This document shows, one piece after another, positions 26,301-39,420 of a stretch of DNA of 64,000 bases. Origin of the DNA: Octopus vulgaris (Eukaryota); the NCBI GenBank assembly GCA_951406725.2, contig OX597822.1:46872001-46936000 (forward strand). Reading direction: 5' to 3'. A model generated the notes under the pieces. It was not told the origin of the DNA. It searched no databases and saw nothing but the letters and a program-made list of their open reading frames with translations. A program made the position numbers and the translations under genes. Each line of letters starts with the position of its first letter. The first letter of the stretch is position 1.

Positions 26301-28726
26301 CTAACAGATTTAGGTGAACTGAGGTGCTGAGAATTGTATGCCCAAACACACTACAGGGCACCAACTGTGGATTTGAACATGTGACCTTTGTACAGGTTGT
26401 TGAATACCATAGCTACACTACCATTCCATTGTCATTACTACTATGAGTGAGGGCAGTTAACTCTTATAAGCATCATGATTACACAATGACAATTATTACT
26501 TCTGCAACTCTCAAACTCTGATTATCCCATCATTAAAGTGACTACTTGCATTTCATGAGTATTTTTTCATTGAAGATATGGTGTCACTAATGGGTATAAG
26601 GGGGACATACTAAAATAATCTGCTGTGGATTTGATGTGTGTAATATTTAATTTTCTCTCCTAAACACTGCTTTAGTAATCAGCTCAACAGTGCAACATAA
26701 TAGAAATCAGATGCAAGACTTGTGTTGGATTACTGAATTCATGGTTGTGAATCCTATCAAATCTCATGTCCTGTAACCGTTTTAACTAAGCTTACTAGAA
26801 GCAGCAGACAAATCTCTCTCAATTCACATTCTACCATCTCCTAAAATGGGCGATATTGCATGATATAGTATTAGAAATGCTACATCTGATAGTAAGGGGA
26901 GACAGCATGTTCAAGGCTAAGGCACCTTGGATCAGAGCTGACTTGGGGGTCAATCTATAAAGCATCTAACTCCTATTTGCTCCCAATTATGCTGGTAACA
27001 AAAGGAAAATAGTTTCTACTCCTTAGTCATCGGTAGAAGGGTTCCATCCAGCTTTAAACACGTCCTGCTATCCAGTCATGTGTGCATGGGTAGCTTGGTA
27101 ACGAGGACTAAGAAATAGAAGTCCCCAAAGCTAAATGTTTCTGAAATATAATTTTAAACGCCTACTGGTAATGTTTTTATCAGTTTATCTCATCATTATC
27201 AAGTGTCTCATTGTGATTGTGCACTTTCTAAATCAAAAATGTTGTCTGCTCTGCCATTGCATAACTTACTGTAAGGGAAATACCTATAATACATGGATAT
27301 TGGAAATTTTGTCTTCTGTCTACTTAATAGAGATTGGAGATAAGTATTACTCCAATAATTTCATGTGACCAATGTTATTTTATGATGTGGATTTAAGTTT
27401 TGGTTATTTATTCAGTTTTAAAAAAATGTCCTTTCAAGTCGAAACTTAAGATATTCTTGCTCGCACAAACACCACTCTGAGGTTTGCATCACTTTGGTTA
27501 CTAATCCATTACTAATATCAGTTTATTTATTACACCATTCACTCACTAACACTACTGTTCTTACATGGAACTCTACCACTCCTTTATGGATGGCACTGTC
27601 TATAATAGTAATCACATTGTCTCCAGTTTCAACTAATCTTTTAAAAATGTCTTCAGATATCCATTATTTGGTTCATTTCTGCATTTCTTTGGTTTTGATT
27701 TCTACTTAGTTATACCTTACTACTTTTTTATATCTTTCTCTTTCTCACCTCTCTCTCCTTATCTATCATGCATGTGTGTGTGAGTGTGAGTGAGTGAGTG
27801 ACATTGACATCTGTTTCATAGTTGTCTTTATTTCCATATTTTATATTCCTTCTTCAGTCTACCTCCTTTTTTCTGCAACTCCTCCATGCTTTTAGCTAAT
27901 TGTTTTCAATCTTTAAGCTTATATTCCATCTACTAAATGTCAAAGTCCAGTCAATTAACATTCAGCCACAACTGTGTGTATGTACATACATATGTAATTG
28001 TAACTGCTCTTTATTCATCCTCATTAGAGACAGAATCAGGCATTAGATCTTTGTTTCCTTTATTTGACATTGCTCTTCTTTTTTTTTAATTTTTAATTTA
28101 TTGAAGATGAATGCCTACATTTAGATGCCTTATTAACCTCACCATTTCTCTCCTATTCTTTGCATGTACATGGTATGTGTGTGGCATGTACACACACAAA
28201 CCTATTTTGTGAAAGAGGGATTTTAACTATAGAACCCATAAAGCTGTATGGAGAGTATTACCTCAAGCGAATAAAGTAATTAGTACTGATGTATTGATAA
28301 AATGCTTAGCTCCTCATGTGAATAATGGTGATTAACGTAAGGTATGTAGGTGGGTTTTCTTAATTTGCGAGTGGAAAAAGATTTTTTAAATGGTATATTC
28401 AAGAAGAGGAAAGACAGTGCCTCTTTTATTTATTTATTTATTTATTTATTTATATATATATATATATATGGTCTCCAAGGTAGATAGGTTGGGTGAGGAT
28501 GGAAGTGCAGTGGTTCCTGCTAAAGGTATCCTATTGTCAGGTGGTAGTGTTTAAACCAGGTGAGGAATTGTCTACCTGTAGTTTAAACCAAGCAGGGGAG
28601 TATGCCTTATGGCTATTTGGTTCAAATGTATGTTATCCTGGCTTTGTTGTTTTAGCTCTAAGTGATCCTTGATCCAGAAGATCTATGATCAAATGTCCCC
28701 GCCATGATTGTGCCATTTTATTTTAA

Positions 28727-28929
28727 TGGTTCTCAACTGGGGTCCATATTAAACTTTGTTGCTAAAATTTATGCACATTCCGCAGAATGGTTTAATTTCT
28801 TATTCAATTCCTAATAATGATATAAAAATACAGTAGGATTTTTTCTTGTACATTGAATAGCTATAGGAAGTCCAGTAGAGTAAATTAAGAATGAAAGGGA
28901 TCCATTGGCTAAAAATGATTGAGAACCAC
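28727..28929. mobile_element. hAT/Charlie-like MITE (related copies at about 31602-31918, 42542-42783 and 54407-54631)
   Basis: GGTTCTCAAC...TTGAGAACCACT terminal inverted repeats; 28727, 31602 and 54407 share an internal body. Confidence 0.6.
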
Positions 28930-30863
28930 TAGTTTATTCAAACATAGCATTTCTCACTAAAGCCTAATCAACCTCTTTTGTGATGGTGCCACAAGAAAAT
29001 GCAGCCAGTATGCAATCTAAAGTGGTTGGTGATTGAACGTCATTGAGTTGTAGAAACCAAAGCAAATTACCTATGCAGCAGCTCTGACTCTCACCTGGAA
29101 ATAGCTTGAACTATGATGATCCAGCCAACCCATAGAAAGGAAATCTAAAATGATGTGTAATTTGGAGGTTTGGTTGCTGTTTCTAGCAGATTGTGTGAAC
29201 ACTTAGATTCTCCTTGTTGACTTGGGTTTATGTTGCCCTTCTGGGCTTGCAAATAAATAATGAAGATCATTGTCTTCATTATGTGATGTCCAAACTTACT
29301 GTTTCATAAAAGAGTTTTACCTGATTTAGTTGAATATAACTATAAGGTCTGATTTTTTTTAAACTCGTGTTGAGTTTAAAAAAAATATAAAACCAGATTT
29401 AAACAGCTGACTCTTGTCTTTCAATGGAAACTGGTGGAAATGTAGCAGTGAATGGAAAATTAATAAATTAGATTTGTCTTTTATATACTTAGTGTTAGTC
29501 CTACATAGTGTGAATAACTAACAGTGTGCATAGATAGATAATGGTTAGTTTTAAAAGCCTGGTTAAATAACATGGAATACTTTGTATTCTTTGTGTTACT
29601 GCAGTGTTGATATTTGCTAACAAATACAAAAGCATGCTGTTGTTTACTTTCAAAGTTCTTTTGCTTAATTTTTTTTTTCCCTTCAAGTTCTTTTAATTTT
29701 GTTTGCTTTCCCTTACATTATTGACAGCAATCAAGGTTCTTGGTACCTTTAATTCAACCGGGACCATTTTAGCAAAGTTGTTAAATTCCTTTTGGGGAGG
29801 GTATGAACTCTTCTGTTAAAAAAGAATCTTTGCTTTCATGCCATCTACTTGAAGAGTTGATGGCAAAATTGGCAAAGCATTGCATAAAATACCTTGTGGT
29901 ATTTGGTTATATCTATTTATGTTCAAATTCCACCCAGGGTATCATTGATGTTTATTCTAAGGTCAGAAGTACCAGTCAAGTTCTGTGACTGATATAAGCA
30001 ACCATGCCCTGGAATCTGATGCCCAGCATGGACACAGTCCAGGGACTAAAACCACTTGAAAGAAAAAAAATTTTAAATCAGTCAAGTTGGCTGAGTTGCT
30101 TTATGGTACCTAGTTGATACCTTACCATTCTGGTTTCAAATTATGCCAGTTCCAACTTAGCTTGGGGGTTTGTTTTTTCTTTTTCTCTCCTCCTTGGTGA
30201 GCTAGTGAAATATAATTGATTCAATAGACCGTCTCCCTCTCTCTCTCTCTGCATGAGCCCAATCTTTAAAGATGGAAAAAGTTTAACATTTACAGCTACA
30301 TTAGATTTCAGTCAGTTTGATATCTGATCATTATTGGTTATCTTAATCCTGGATCAGCAAGCAGATTGGATTAAGCTTTATATTTCATCTAGGACAGTAA
30401 ATATTAGCATATCAAACAATGCCTAGTGGTATTTTCTTCTGGCTCTTTACATTCTGAGTTCAAATCTCGCTGAGATCAACTTTGATACTTTATTTCATTG
30501 ACCCTCAAAAAGTTGAAATGCTGTCAAGTACTAAAGGTTGATATAATTGGCTTGTCTCTTTCCTCTTAAATTCTGCAATGGGCCAACATCCCATTCAAGG
30601 ATGTTGTCATCTTGATCACATATATACTATGGCAACCAGCTAACTGGCCTTAGGAGTCCTAGGTATATAAACAAAAAATTGTCATAGTGGGTGAGAACAC
30701 GAGTTCAAATATGGTACCTGATGATTTGGAGATCAAACTATTCTGATAGTATCAATGTAAATATTAACATTTTCATCTCTAAAGATTTGGTCAATAGTTT
30801 GAAAAATTACCATAACAGCTTTCTAGAGACCTAATTTAACTTTGCTTATGATTGTATTTTCAG

Positions 30864-30974
30864 GTTTACTTCATTTTCAAGTACATCATTTACTGGTCCA
30901 ACAATGGGTGGAAATTTCCGTTCATCTTCAACTTCAACAAAGTATAATAATGGCAAAAAAATTGTAACCAGAAA
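30864..30974 (+). CDS. DNAJB6: DNAJB6-like coding exon 6, S/T-rich region ([37 protein letters not shown])
   Basis: attttcag| acceptor, AA|gtaagt donor, 111 nt, phase 2-2; matches DNAJB6 [29 protein letters not shown]. Confidence 0.95.
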
Positions 30975-32488
30975 GTAAGTAAACCACTTAGTATCTTTCA
31001 TGTGTACATATTTTGCTTCTGGTTATTACCTGATGCTGACACAAGTCTTTTAGCTTTATAATGATTATAACAGTAGTGTCATCACCACCACTGTATTTCA
31101 GTAATTTGGTCAACTGTAAATTATTTATTTAACATAGAATACTAGCTGACCCCATTCTGTCAATAGCTGATGGCTAATTGTATTTTGTACATAAATAAGG
31201 TACATAATAATCACATAGAAACATTCACATACTTCCCTTGCACACACTCCCTCAGAGTTAATTCTTTTCAGCAATGAATGTTCACCATCCCACTTCAGTT
31301 TGATATCAACCCTTCCTTCCTTATTCATCTATCATCCCTTCCTTTCTCATTCATATGTTGTGATGGAGAAAGTATTATTATAGTAGATGACTCCTCAGAT
31401 TGAAGAAAAAGGATAGACTGCCTTGACACATGTTGCTCAATCATTGAAAGGATGAGGAGGGAACAAAATATCTTGCACAGCATTTTAGTATTAGATTTTA
31501 GCAAGTTGTAGTTTTAAGGATTGTAATGAGAGATTCTTAACTCATTACCAATATGAATATAAATTCTGGTGTTTTGGCTTCTGGAAATGGGAATTGGCTA
31601 CAGCAGTTCTCAAGCTGGGTCCGTATGACTCTTGGGAGTCCAGATAAGGTTTTGTCAAAATTTCCATTATACTTCTACAATACACAATATTAACAATTGT
31701 TTTTAATACAATTCCTAATCATCATCATCATCATTTAACGTCCGCTTTCCATGCTAGCATGGGTTAGCCGGTTCAACTGCACCTGGTGCAGCCTTCGGGC
31801 TCCCCAGACCAGTCAGATAACAGTATGAGATTTTGTAAAACCTCAAATGGCTATGAGAGTCCACCCAAGAAAATAGGAATTAAAAAGTCCATAGGTAAAA
31901 AGGGGTTAAGAACCACTGGTTTGAAATCTAGTCAAGCAGAACAGCAGATATATAGGTGTCATGGTGATGGCACTGTTTATCATTGGCACCAGCAATACCA
32001 AAACTGACAAATGATTTGTTGACTAGCAATGGTGGGTAGAGCTGTCACCCACCCACTCCCTTTTTGTGATGGTGGTGGTAGGCCATAGCAAGAAGTTGTC
32101 AGGGTTCACCCACCTATTACTAGGCTTAAGTGGGGGAGACAGGAGTGTCCCTCATTTGTGTCATACAAACTACCATATTTAGTTTGTCCCTTTTACATTG
32201 AGTTCTCATGAATGATAGTGACTTGTTTGCTACATCTGCTGATGTCACTGTTAGAGTTTTTGTTGGATTCTTGTGGGGTTTTTTTTATTCTCCAATCATG
32301 AATTATATCAAGTACCAACACCATAAAAATTTATCTTCCCCATCTCTTATTTCCATGAAACCATTACTTCAGTGTGTGTGTAGACTATAATTGCTAACTC
32401 TTATTCTGTTTCTCTCTCTGTATTATAGTGTTCGAAATTATATCTTGTCTGTTGATGATAATCGACTGGTGTATTTGTTTGTTTTCAG

Positions 32489-32585
32489 GACTATGGAGAA
32501 TGGTATAGAAACAGTAACTGTTGAAGAAGATGGGGTATTGAAATCAAAGACAGTGAACGGGGAGGCACAGGCTTTGACCTACTGA
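32489..32585 (+). CDS. DNAJB6: DNAJB6-like last coding exon, C-terminal beta-sheet domain (TMENGIETVTVEEDGVLKSKTVNGEAQALTY*)
   Basis: gttttcag| acceptor, in frame, TGA at 32583-32585; matches DNAJB6b [24 protein letters not shown], a short b-type C-terminus. Confidence 0.95.
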
Positions 32586-33483
32586 AGTACAAGACTTAAA
32601 AAAAAAATACTTGTCATATTCCCCTTTTTGGAACTCTAGGACTGAAAAGAACAGTGTAAATACTGGTCATCAGATATGACAGTCTGACTTGGGCTTATTG
32701 TTTTTTTTTTTTCTCTTCCTCCAATTTTTTTTTTAAAAGAACTTTAATTTTTTTATCCCCAATAAAAGTTATCACTACTAAATGTTATTTTTTTCTGTAA
32801 GACTGCACTATTATTTGGAGGGTGTGTAGGTTGGAACTGAAACTACAACTCTAATTACATAACGTTAAATACTCTAGTTCTGAAGTGACAAGAATGTTGT
32901 ATATGTACATGTTTGACTTGAAATATATATGTATATACATATGTATATATCAATGTATGTAGATGTATGTGATGATAGGGGTGGGTTGCTGGGCTGGGTA
33001 GGGGCTTTACATAACCTGCAGCACACATTTAAACATTTTCACATTTGGAAATGACAAGTTTCAATAAATCTGGTGATTTGGATCAAAGAAACCCAAAGTT
33101 TGTCTTCTGACAATTCTGCAACCTGGTGCAAAACAATTCAAGTGGGTTCTCCAGTCTGATATAATATGCACTTTTCTTTGGCAATCTTTAATTGGACAAG
33201 TTATTTTTTTAGAAATTCACTTAACTTTTCTCAAGCTTTTCATCTCAAAATTGATGCCAATTTTTTTTTTTTTTTTTTGCCCTTGTTTCTACCATTTGTG
33301 GGATTCTTTATCCCAACCAGTTGCAAAACTGGAAAGTTTGCTTATGTAACTAGGCAGAACTTGTTTAATATAGAAGACATTACCAGAAAGATCATTTCTT
33401 TATTTATATTTGTCCTTTATTTTTTTTTTTTTACCACCCACCAAACTGATCTCCTGTAGTAGTGGCTGAATGTTTTCTATGAA

Positions 33484-33489
33484 AATAAA
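33484..33489 (+). terminator. Candidate polyadenylation signal of the DNAJB6-like gene (other AATAAA at 32761 and 33063)
   Basis: AATAAA followed about 20-30 nt later by a GT/T-rich tract (tatgttgtttttttttt). Confidence 0.55.
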
Positions 33490-36399
33490 ACTAATTTTCA
33501 TTTAGCTCTTTTATGTTGTTTTTTTTTTTTTTCTTCAAGTTTGAATGTTATCCATTAGCATTCATCTCTCTAGCTGCCTCTGTCTGTTGTATTGCTTCAA
33601 CTTAGTCTGCCATAGTTCAGCTCAAAGTAGTCTCATACAGTTGTGGTTGTGCTGATGGATATATCTTGGTGTGTGTGTTTGTGTGTATAGTGTTTAGGTT
33701 TTCAATCGACTGATTTCATAATCCAGTTTCAATTCTCAAGTGGTACCACTTCACTGATGGCCTTTCAACATCACACTTTTCTATTTCTCCTCTCTATAGT
33801 TGTAACACTTTATTTTTTAGTTTTGATAATTCAAAGGATTCTGTTTTAGTAAATATATTAAAAATAACTAATATTTTTTATATCGAGAGACATTAAATAA
33901 ATCTTTTTTAACGGTGGAACTCTAGACAAAGCTATTATTTATAGCCTTATTTACTTCGAGTTCCATTTAAAATGATTTAACTAATATTTTATAAGCTTCA
34001 CATTGAAGCCTGAGAACTTTACAAGTTAGATAGTCTATTACAGCTTTGGCTTACCGAAGTTATGTCGCCTTTTATTTAAGGTAGGTGGCCATTTTACCAA
34101 AGACTTCTTTGAATTGCATGGTTTTTCTTTCTCTCTCTCTTTTTCTCCCCCTCCCCTCCTCCTTTCCTACAATTAAAAAATTGCTGCCTATCACCCTTCC
34201 GAAGTTACATAATTTGAAAACTGTCTTTTCTGATCCCTAAAATGAGGTTCAAATCTGCAGTTATTAATTCTGAAAAATTTTCATCTGGTGCTTAGTAATG
34301 ATTTACAAAAGCTTAAATACTTTGTAATTAACTTTGTTTATGGGTGAAAGTTACCAATTAACTTGGCTAATACCAAAGACCTCTTGTTGAAATAGTTTTT
34401 TTTTTTTTTTTAATCTTCCAGAAATACTCATTTCTACATCACTTCACATCTGAATATGGTAGTGCATCTGTACATACATGTTGCTTTATTGTACTTGGTT
34501 TGTTTATCTTTGTCTTAGTTAGTGAAATCTGCTAAAATTGGACTTTACAAGAGGAGTTCTTACCAAGCCTACGTGAACTTGGCTTCCCCACACTCCACTT
34601 GTAATTTGAATTGTAAGAAATAAACTCTGACAGTCATAAACTGAGTTAGGCTTGTAATCTATGACAAGTTTATTTACCCAGGTATTTACTCCTCTGAAGA
34701 GTTTACACACTCACAGATACGCAAGGAGATATTTGAAGCCAAAGATCATTTTCTACTTGTCTGTATTGGGGTTTTCTTTAATGCTGCTGTATTCTCTCTG
34801 CCCAGTCTCAGCAGAACTATTTGTTAGCTATTGTAGTTGTGATGCTGGGGGAACAAAAATTTGCTGGTAAATGGTATTTTTCTGTATGAAGACCACATGG
34901 ACTTGATATCTTGAGAGATAAAAACTTTATCCAGAGTCTTGTTTTCATTTTTATTGATTTGATAGTTTTTTTTTGTTTTTTTTTTTTGTGCAATTTGCTT
35001 TCCTACCTCAGCAATCAATTTTAAAAAAGAAAATGTATTTCATGTTGATTCGTTAATTATTTTTTTTTAACATACTTCTCACTTTATCTGTCAGTTTTGT
35101 CTCTTTGAGGATATGTGTATAAAACCAGCTTTTCAAAATCACCACTATTGGGCATATACTCAGCATTTCTGAGTTCATGCTAAAAAAAAAAAGCACACAC
35201 ACATGCAGTCGCACGTGCACACTTCGCATACACACATGCGTGCACATTATAAATATACTAGGATTTCAATTAGATGCAGTTTTCAGTATATTATGATTGT
35301 TTGTGCCATTTCTTTACATTGTTTAAATTTATATAGTCATATAATCTTTGCTTTCATTTTAGTCCTCAGCAAACAGTTTTATAAAATATTCTTGACATCT
35401 CATATGAGTTGTAAATGAGTGTCACTGTCATACAGATGTCATTCATTTCCAATATTCTACAAAAGAATGTCTGGTGACAGGGAAGTAGTACCTTACTTGA
35501 TGATTAGCAGCTGGCCATATAAAATCTGCCTCTGCCAACCATTGCAAGCATGGAAAACTGGACAATGGTGATCATACTAAGACCTCATCTACATCAAACT
35601 CAACCGTCACACCTCTCACTCACTCTGTAGTAGAATTTATCACTCAGACTCACAAATTTTTCAATATAAAGCTTTTTGTCAATCACCAGCCTTGATCCAA
35701 TTGAAATAAGTCTCGTAATAATTTACAGCATATCAAACCAAACCCTAACCAACCAACAACAGAAAATAAATAAATTCTCTAAAAGTCAGTCATACAGACA
35801 ATAGAGAACATCAATCAGAACTTATTCAATGTGACCTTTAAAAGTAGGTTTCCTTCACAGTGAGCGAGAGACTGCTAACATGCAACTGTGTCGAGCTAAT
35901 GCAGCATCATCATCGTTTTATTAATGGAAACTAATACTTTCAACAATCCTCCTGGACATTTAAGGAAAACTATTTCCTATACATTCTTAGTATTTATTGT
36001 ACCTGTGCATCTGCCATGTGCATACACACACACACAGACTATTTTCTCTTAACTAGTTTCAGCTTGAGAGTTGCAGCCATGCTGGGGCACTGCCATTTTG
36101 TGTGTATGTGATGGGCTCTGATTTCCCTTCTACCAAATCCACTCGCAGGGCTTTGTGGTTGGTCTAAGGCTATAGTAGAAGGTACTTGCTAAAGGTGCTA
36201 CATGGAAGTGAATGTGGAACCTTGTGGCTGGGAAGCAAACACAACCATGCCTGCACTGGGTACACTTTAGAATTTCTACCTACACCTTTTTTTTACATAT
36301 CAAGAGAGGCCATCTCCCTGATGGGATTAGTAATTTGTCTATTTTCCTACCTACTAGGATTTTGGTCTTTGCTAAATTAACTCTGAGGCCCTTTGATTT

Positions 36400-37250
36400 T
36401 AGACCTTGCTTCAACACCTGAAATTTCTTCTTAGTTGTGGAGATTGAAATACATGAACAAGGTCATTAGCATAGAGGAGTTTCCATGGGCAACTGATCTG
36501 ATCCTTGAGGACTGATACTCAAGAGTGGGATGTAGGCTAAGTACCAATCCTTGATGTGCTAACTGTGCAGTAAATTTGTTGCTATACTCATTAGACTTTC
36601 ACCTTACTAACTACATCCTTCTACATGACTTGGACAGCTTGCACCAACCACTCCTCTTTTCCAAGCTTCTGCATCAACCACCAGATAAGGGAGTGAGGGA
36701 CCCTGTCAAAGGCTTTCTCCATGTCAACAAAAGTCAAATACCATGGTTTATTTTTTGCTAAATCCTTGTTTTTTTACTCGGAATATAGCATCAGTAGTGC
36801 TTCTCTCTGGCACAAAACCAAACTGCATCTCATTTAGATTAAATTTCATCCTAATTAGTTGATCTACAATCCTTTCTGTGACTTACACGACCTGGTCCTG
36901 CAGTTTGATAACTCTAATTCTAAAGCCTCTCTTTTACCTTTGTGGCAACTGACTATAGTGCTGCTGTACCAGTTATTGTGTATGATACCCTTCCTGGATA
37001 ATCTGATTAATTATACAGGTGACTAGGCCCATATCCCACTCCTTCAGATATTTTAAGCACCTTGGCAGTAGTAATTCCTGCTGGGCCAGGAGCTTTCTGT
37101 TTTCATATCCTTAATTGCTTTATTATGCTGCTTTCCTCTCAGGTAGCTTGTCTCTGCTGGGTCCACATTAAGAAGACCCTCCTTCTCCCATGCATTCTCC
37201 ATGTTCAACAGCCTTTCATAGCTATTCTGCAAAGAAAGAGGCATGAAAGT
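36400..37250 (-). mobile_element. Degenerate RTE-type LINE reverse transcriptase fragment
   Basis: Minus-strand motifs MQFGFVPERSTTDAI, FVDMEKAFDRVP, PWKLLYANDLV (YADD remnant). Confidence 0.75.
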
Positions 37251-37260
37251 TCAAGTGTAC

Positions 37261-37353
37261 CCTCATCCATCCTAACACCTCAAGCTGCAGAGCATTGACA
37301 AACTTCCTCATCCATCCCAACACCTCAAGCTGCAGAGCATTGACAAACTTCCT
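37261..37353 (+). repeat. Tandem duplication with a 45-bp unit
   Basis: cctcatccatcc(t/c)aacacctcaagctgcagagcattgacaaactt occurs twice. Confidence 0.9.
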
Positions 37354-37456
37354 TTCTTCCCTAGCTAAATATACCTGTCACTTAGCTTCTCTTCTACCTG
37401 TTATTCTCTGCTACGCCCACTCTTCAAGGCCTGTTTCTTTGCTCTTATGGCCCTGT

Positions 37457-37732
37457 TTACATTATTTACATTTGATGGATATTTGTCCTCATCTTAACAC
37501 AATGTTTCAGCTGATATACACTCCAGCCTTCATCAAGTGTCTTGGGGAAATTTCAAACCCGGGTTCTCATTCCTAAGGTATTTTTCGATATTATTATGAT
37601 TATTATTATTCAGGTCACTGCCTGGAATCGAACTTGGAATCTTGGTTAGTATAGTTTGAAAGACAAGCTAGTTTTTGATGAAGTCAAATGTAAATAATGT
37701 ACATAATTCCTCATCTCTTAAATATAGAACTG
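37457..37732. mobile_element. tRNA-headed, hammerhead-bearing short retroelement with an inverted segment and an 11-bp TSD
   Basis: TATGGCCCTGT at 37446-37456 and 37733-37743; B-box GTTCGATTCC (minus, 37633-37624); 18-bp inverted repeat 37458-37475 / 37684-37701. Confidence 0.75.
37497..37540 (-). ncRNA. Degenerate minimal type I hammerhead ribozyme motif
   Basis: Minus strand reads ACAC-TTGATGA-A-GGCTGG(agtgtata)TCAGCT-GAAAC-ATT-GTGT; stems I and II pair, the core is one change from CTGATGA, and GAAACATT is one transition from GAAACGTT. Confidence 0.6.
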
Positions 37733-39420
37733 TATGGCCCTGTCTACTTCGCTAAAAATCAAAATGCATGAAATTTAATGTACAATTTATAAAGCAATTT
37801 CCTATAATAGCAATATCCATGCAGTTCATGAGGAATCCCTATAGATATGTAAACAAGTCATTCTCTAAATTAGTGATATATTATCCTTTATCATTACTTG
37901 TTTCAGTCATTGAACTGTGGCCATGTTGGAGCACTCCCTTGAAGGGATTTTAGTCAAATCGACAACAGTGCTTTTTTTTTTAGCTTGGTACTTGTTCTAT
38001 CAGACACTTTTGCTGAACTGTTAAGTTATAGGGACATAAACAAACACTAGTTGTCAACCAATGGTGGGAGCACACACACAATAGGTTTCTACTCAGTTTC
38101 TGTCTACCAAATCTACTCATAAGACTTTGGTCAGCCTGTGGCTACAGTAAAGACACTTGCCCAAGGTGCCACACAGTAGGACTGAACCTAGAACCATGTG
38201 GTTGCAAAGCAAGCTTTTTACCACACAGCCATGCCTGTCTAGAATGTTAAACTATTGGAAAGTTGACTTGATATTAGTTTGTTAGTGTTTGTTTTGTCAG
38301 TCAGTTTTGTTGAATGTAGCCAGCTTGTTAGGTTGCAAACCAAGAGGCTGATGGCTCAATGTCTGTCACTGGGCATAGCACCTTTTCTTTGTCAAGTTTG
38401 GTTGGAGCTATATGACGACCACTGTGGTTGCTCAACTGCCTCTTAAAGTGGGACATATAGAACAATGTGGTTCTAGTTATAAAAAAAAAAAGAAAAATAC
38501 TAGTGCAATGTGTCCTTGAGCAAGACACTTTATTTCACATTGCTCCAGTCCACTCAGCTAGCAAAAATAAGTTTTACCTGTAATTCAAAAGGGCCAACCT
38601 TGTCACGCTGAGTCTCCCTGAGGACAACATTAAGGGAGCACTTGTTTGTGGTGTGCTTAGCCACTTGCATGTTAAGATTTAAAAAACTGGGTGGTCACTG
38701 CTGGAATGCCTTTTTTTAAAATGAAAGATCTGCTTAATCAGGGATGACCTGGGTCTGAACAAGACTCTGTGCTCTGCCTCTCTTATAACACCTTTTAAAC
38801 CTAAATTAACAAGCTACTTACCAACTCGCCTCATTCCCCTTCCTTCTGTCACTCCTTCAATCCTTGCATTTAACTTTTTACCCAAATGGAATTTGTTGCC
38901 TTTGTTTTCTTTACAGGTCATCTTCTGGAGGTCGAAGCCGGGATTTCACTATCACAAATCTGGGAAGATCTTGCACGTTCATTGGCAATTTCTGTCATCA
39001 TTTAACATCTGTGTTCCATGCTGCCATGAGTTGAATGGTTTGACAGGATCCAGCAGGCCCAAGGACTGCATCTGGCTGCAGTGTCTGTTTTGACAGGGTG
39101 TCTATGGCTTAATGCCAACAACTTTACAGTACACTCTGAGTGCTCTTTTCATGCCATCAACACTATCGCAGTTGCCATGCAACTCGGGAAGATTACGAAC
39201 CCTGTGGGGAGGTGGGGGTCAGATTTATGCTTGGGGTGTGGGCAGTTAAAACATAAAGTGTAGAAGAGCAGGTCTTTGGAAATGGGCTGCATGGTGATTC
39301 AGATTTGATAAGGAAGGGAATGATTTGTAGGAGCTGCAGAGATAGATAATTAGGGTGTGTCCAGGTGGATCCCTCAGGGCATGAGTAGAAGGTGGGGTGC
39401 AAGATTGTATGGGTAGGAAG

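Noticed and set aside
34519-34870. Overlapping short ORFs downstream of the gene
   Set aside because: No recognisable homology or consistent exon chain; cannot be distinguished from 3' flanking sequence.
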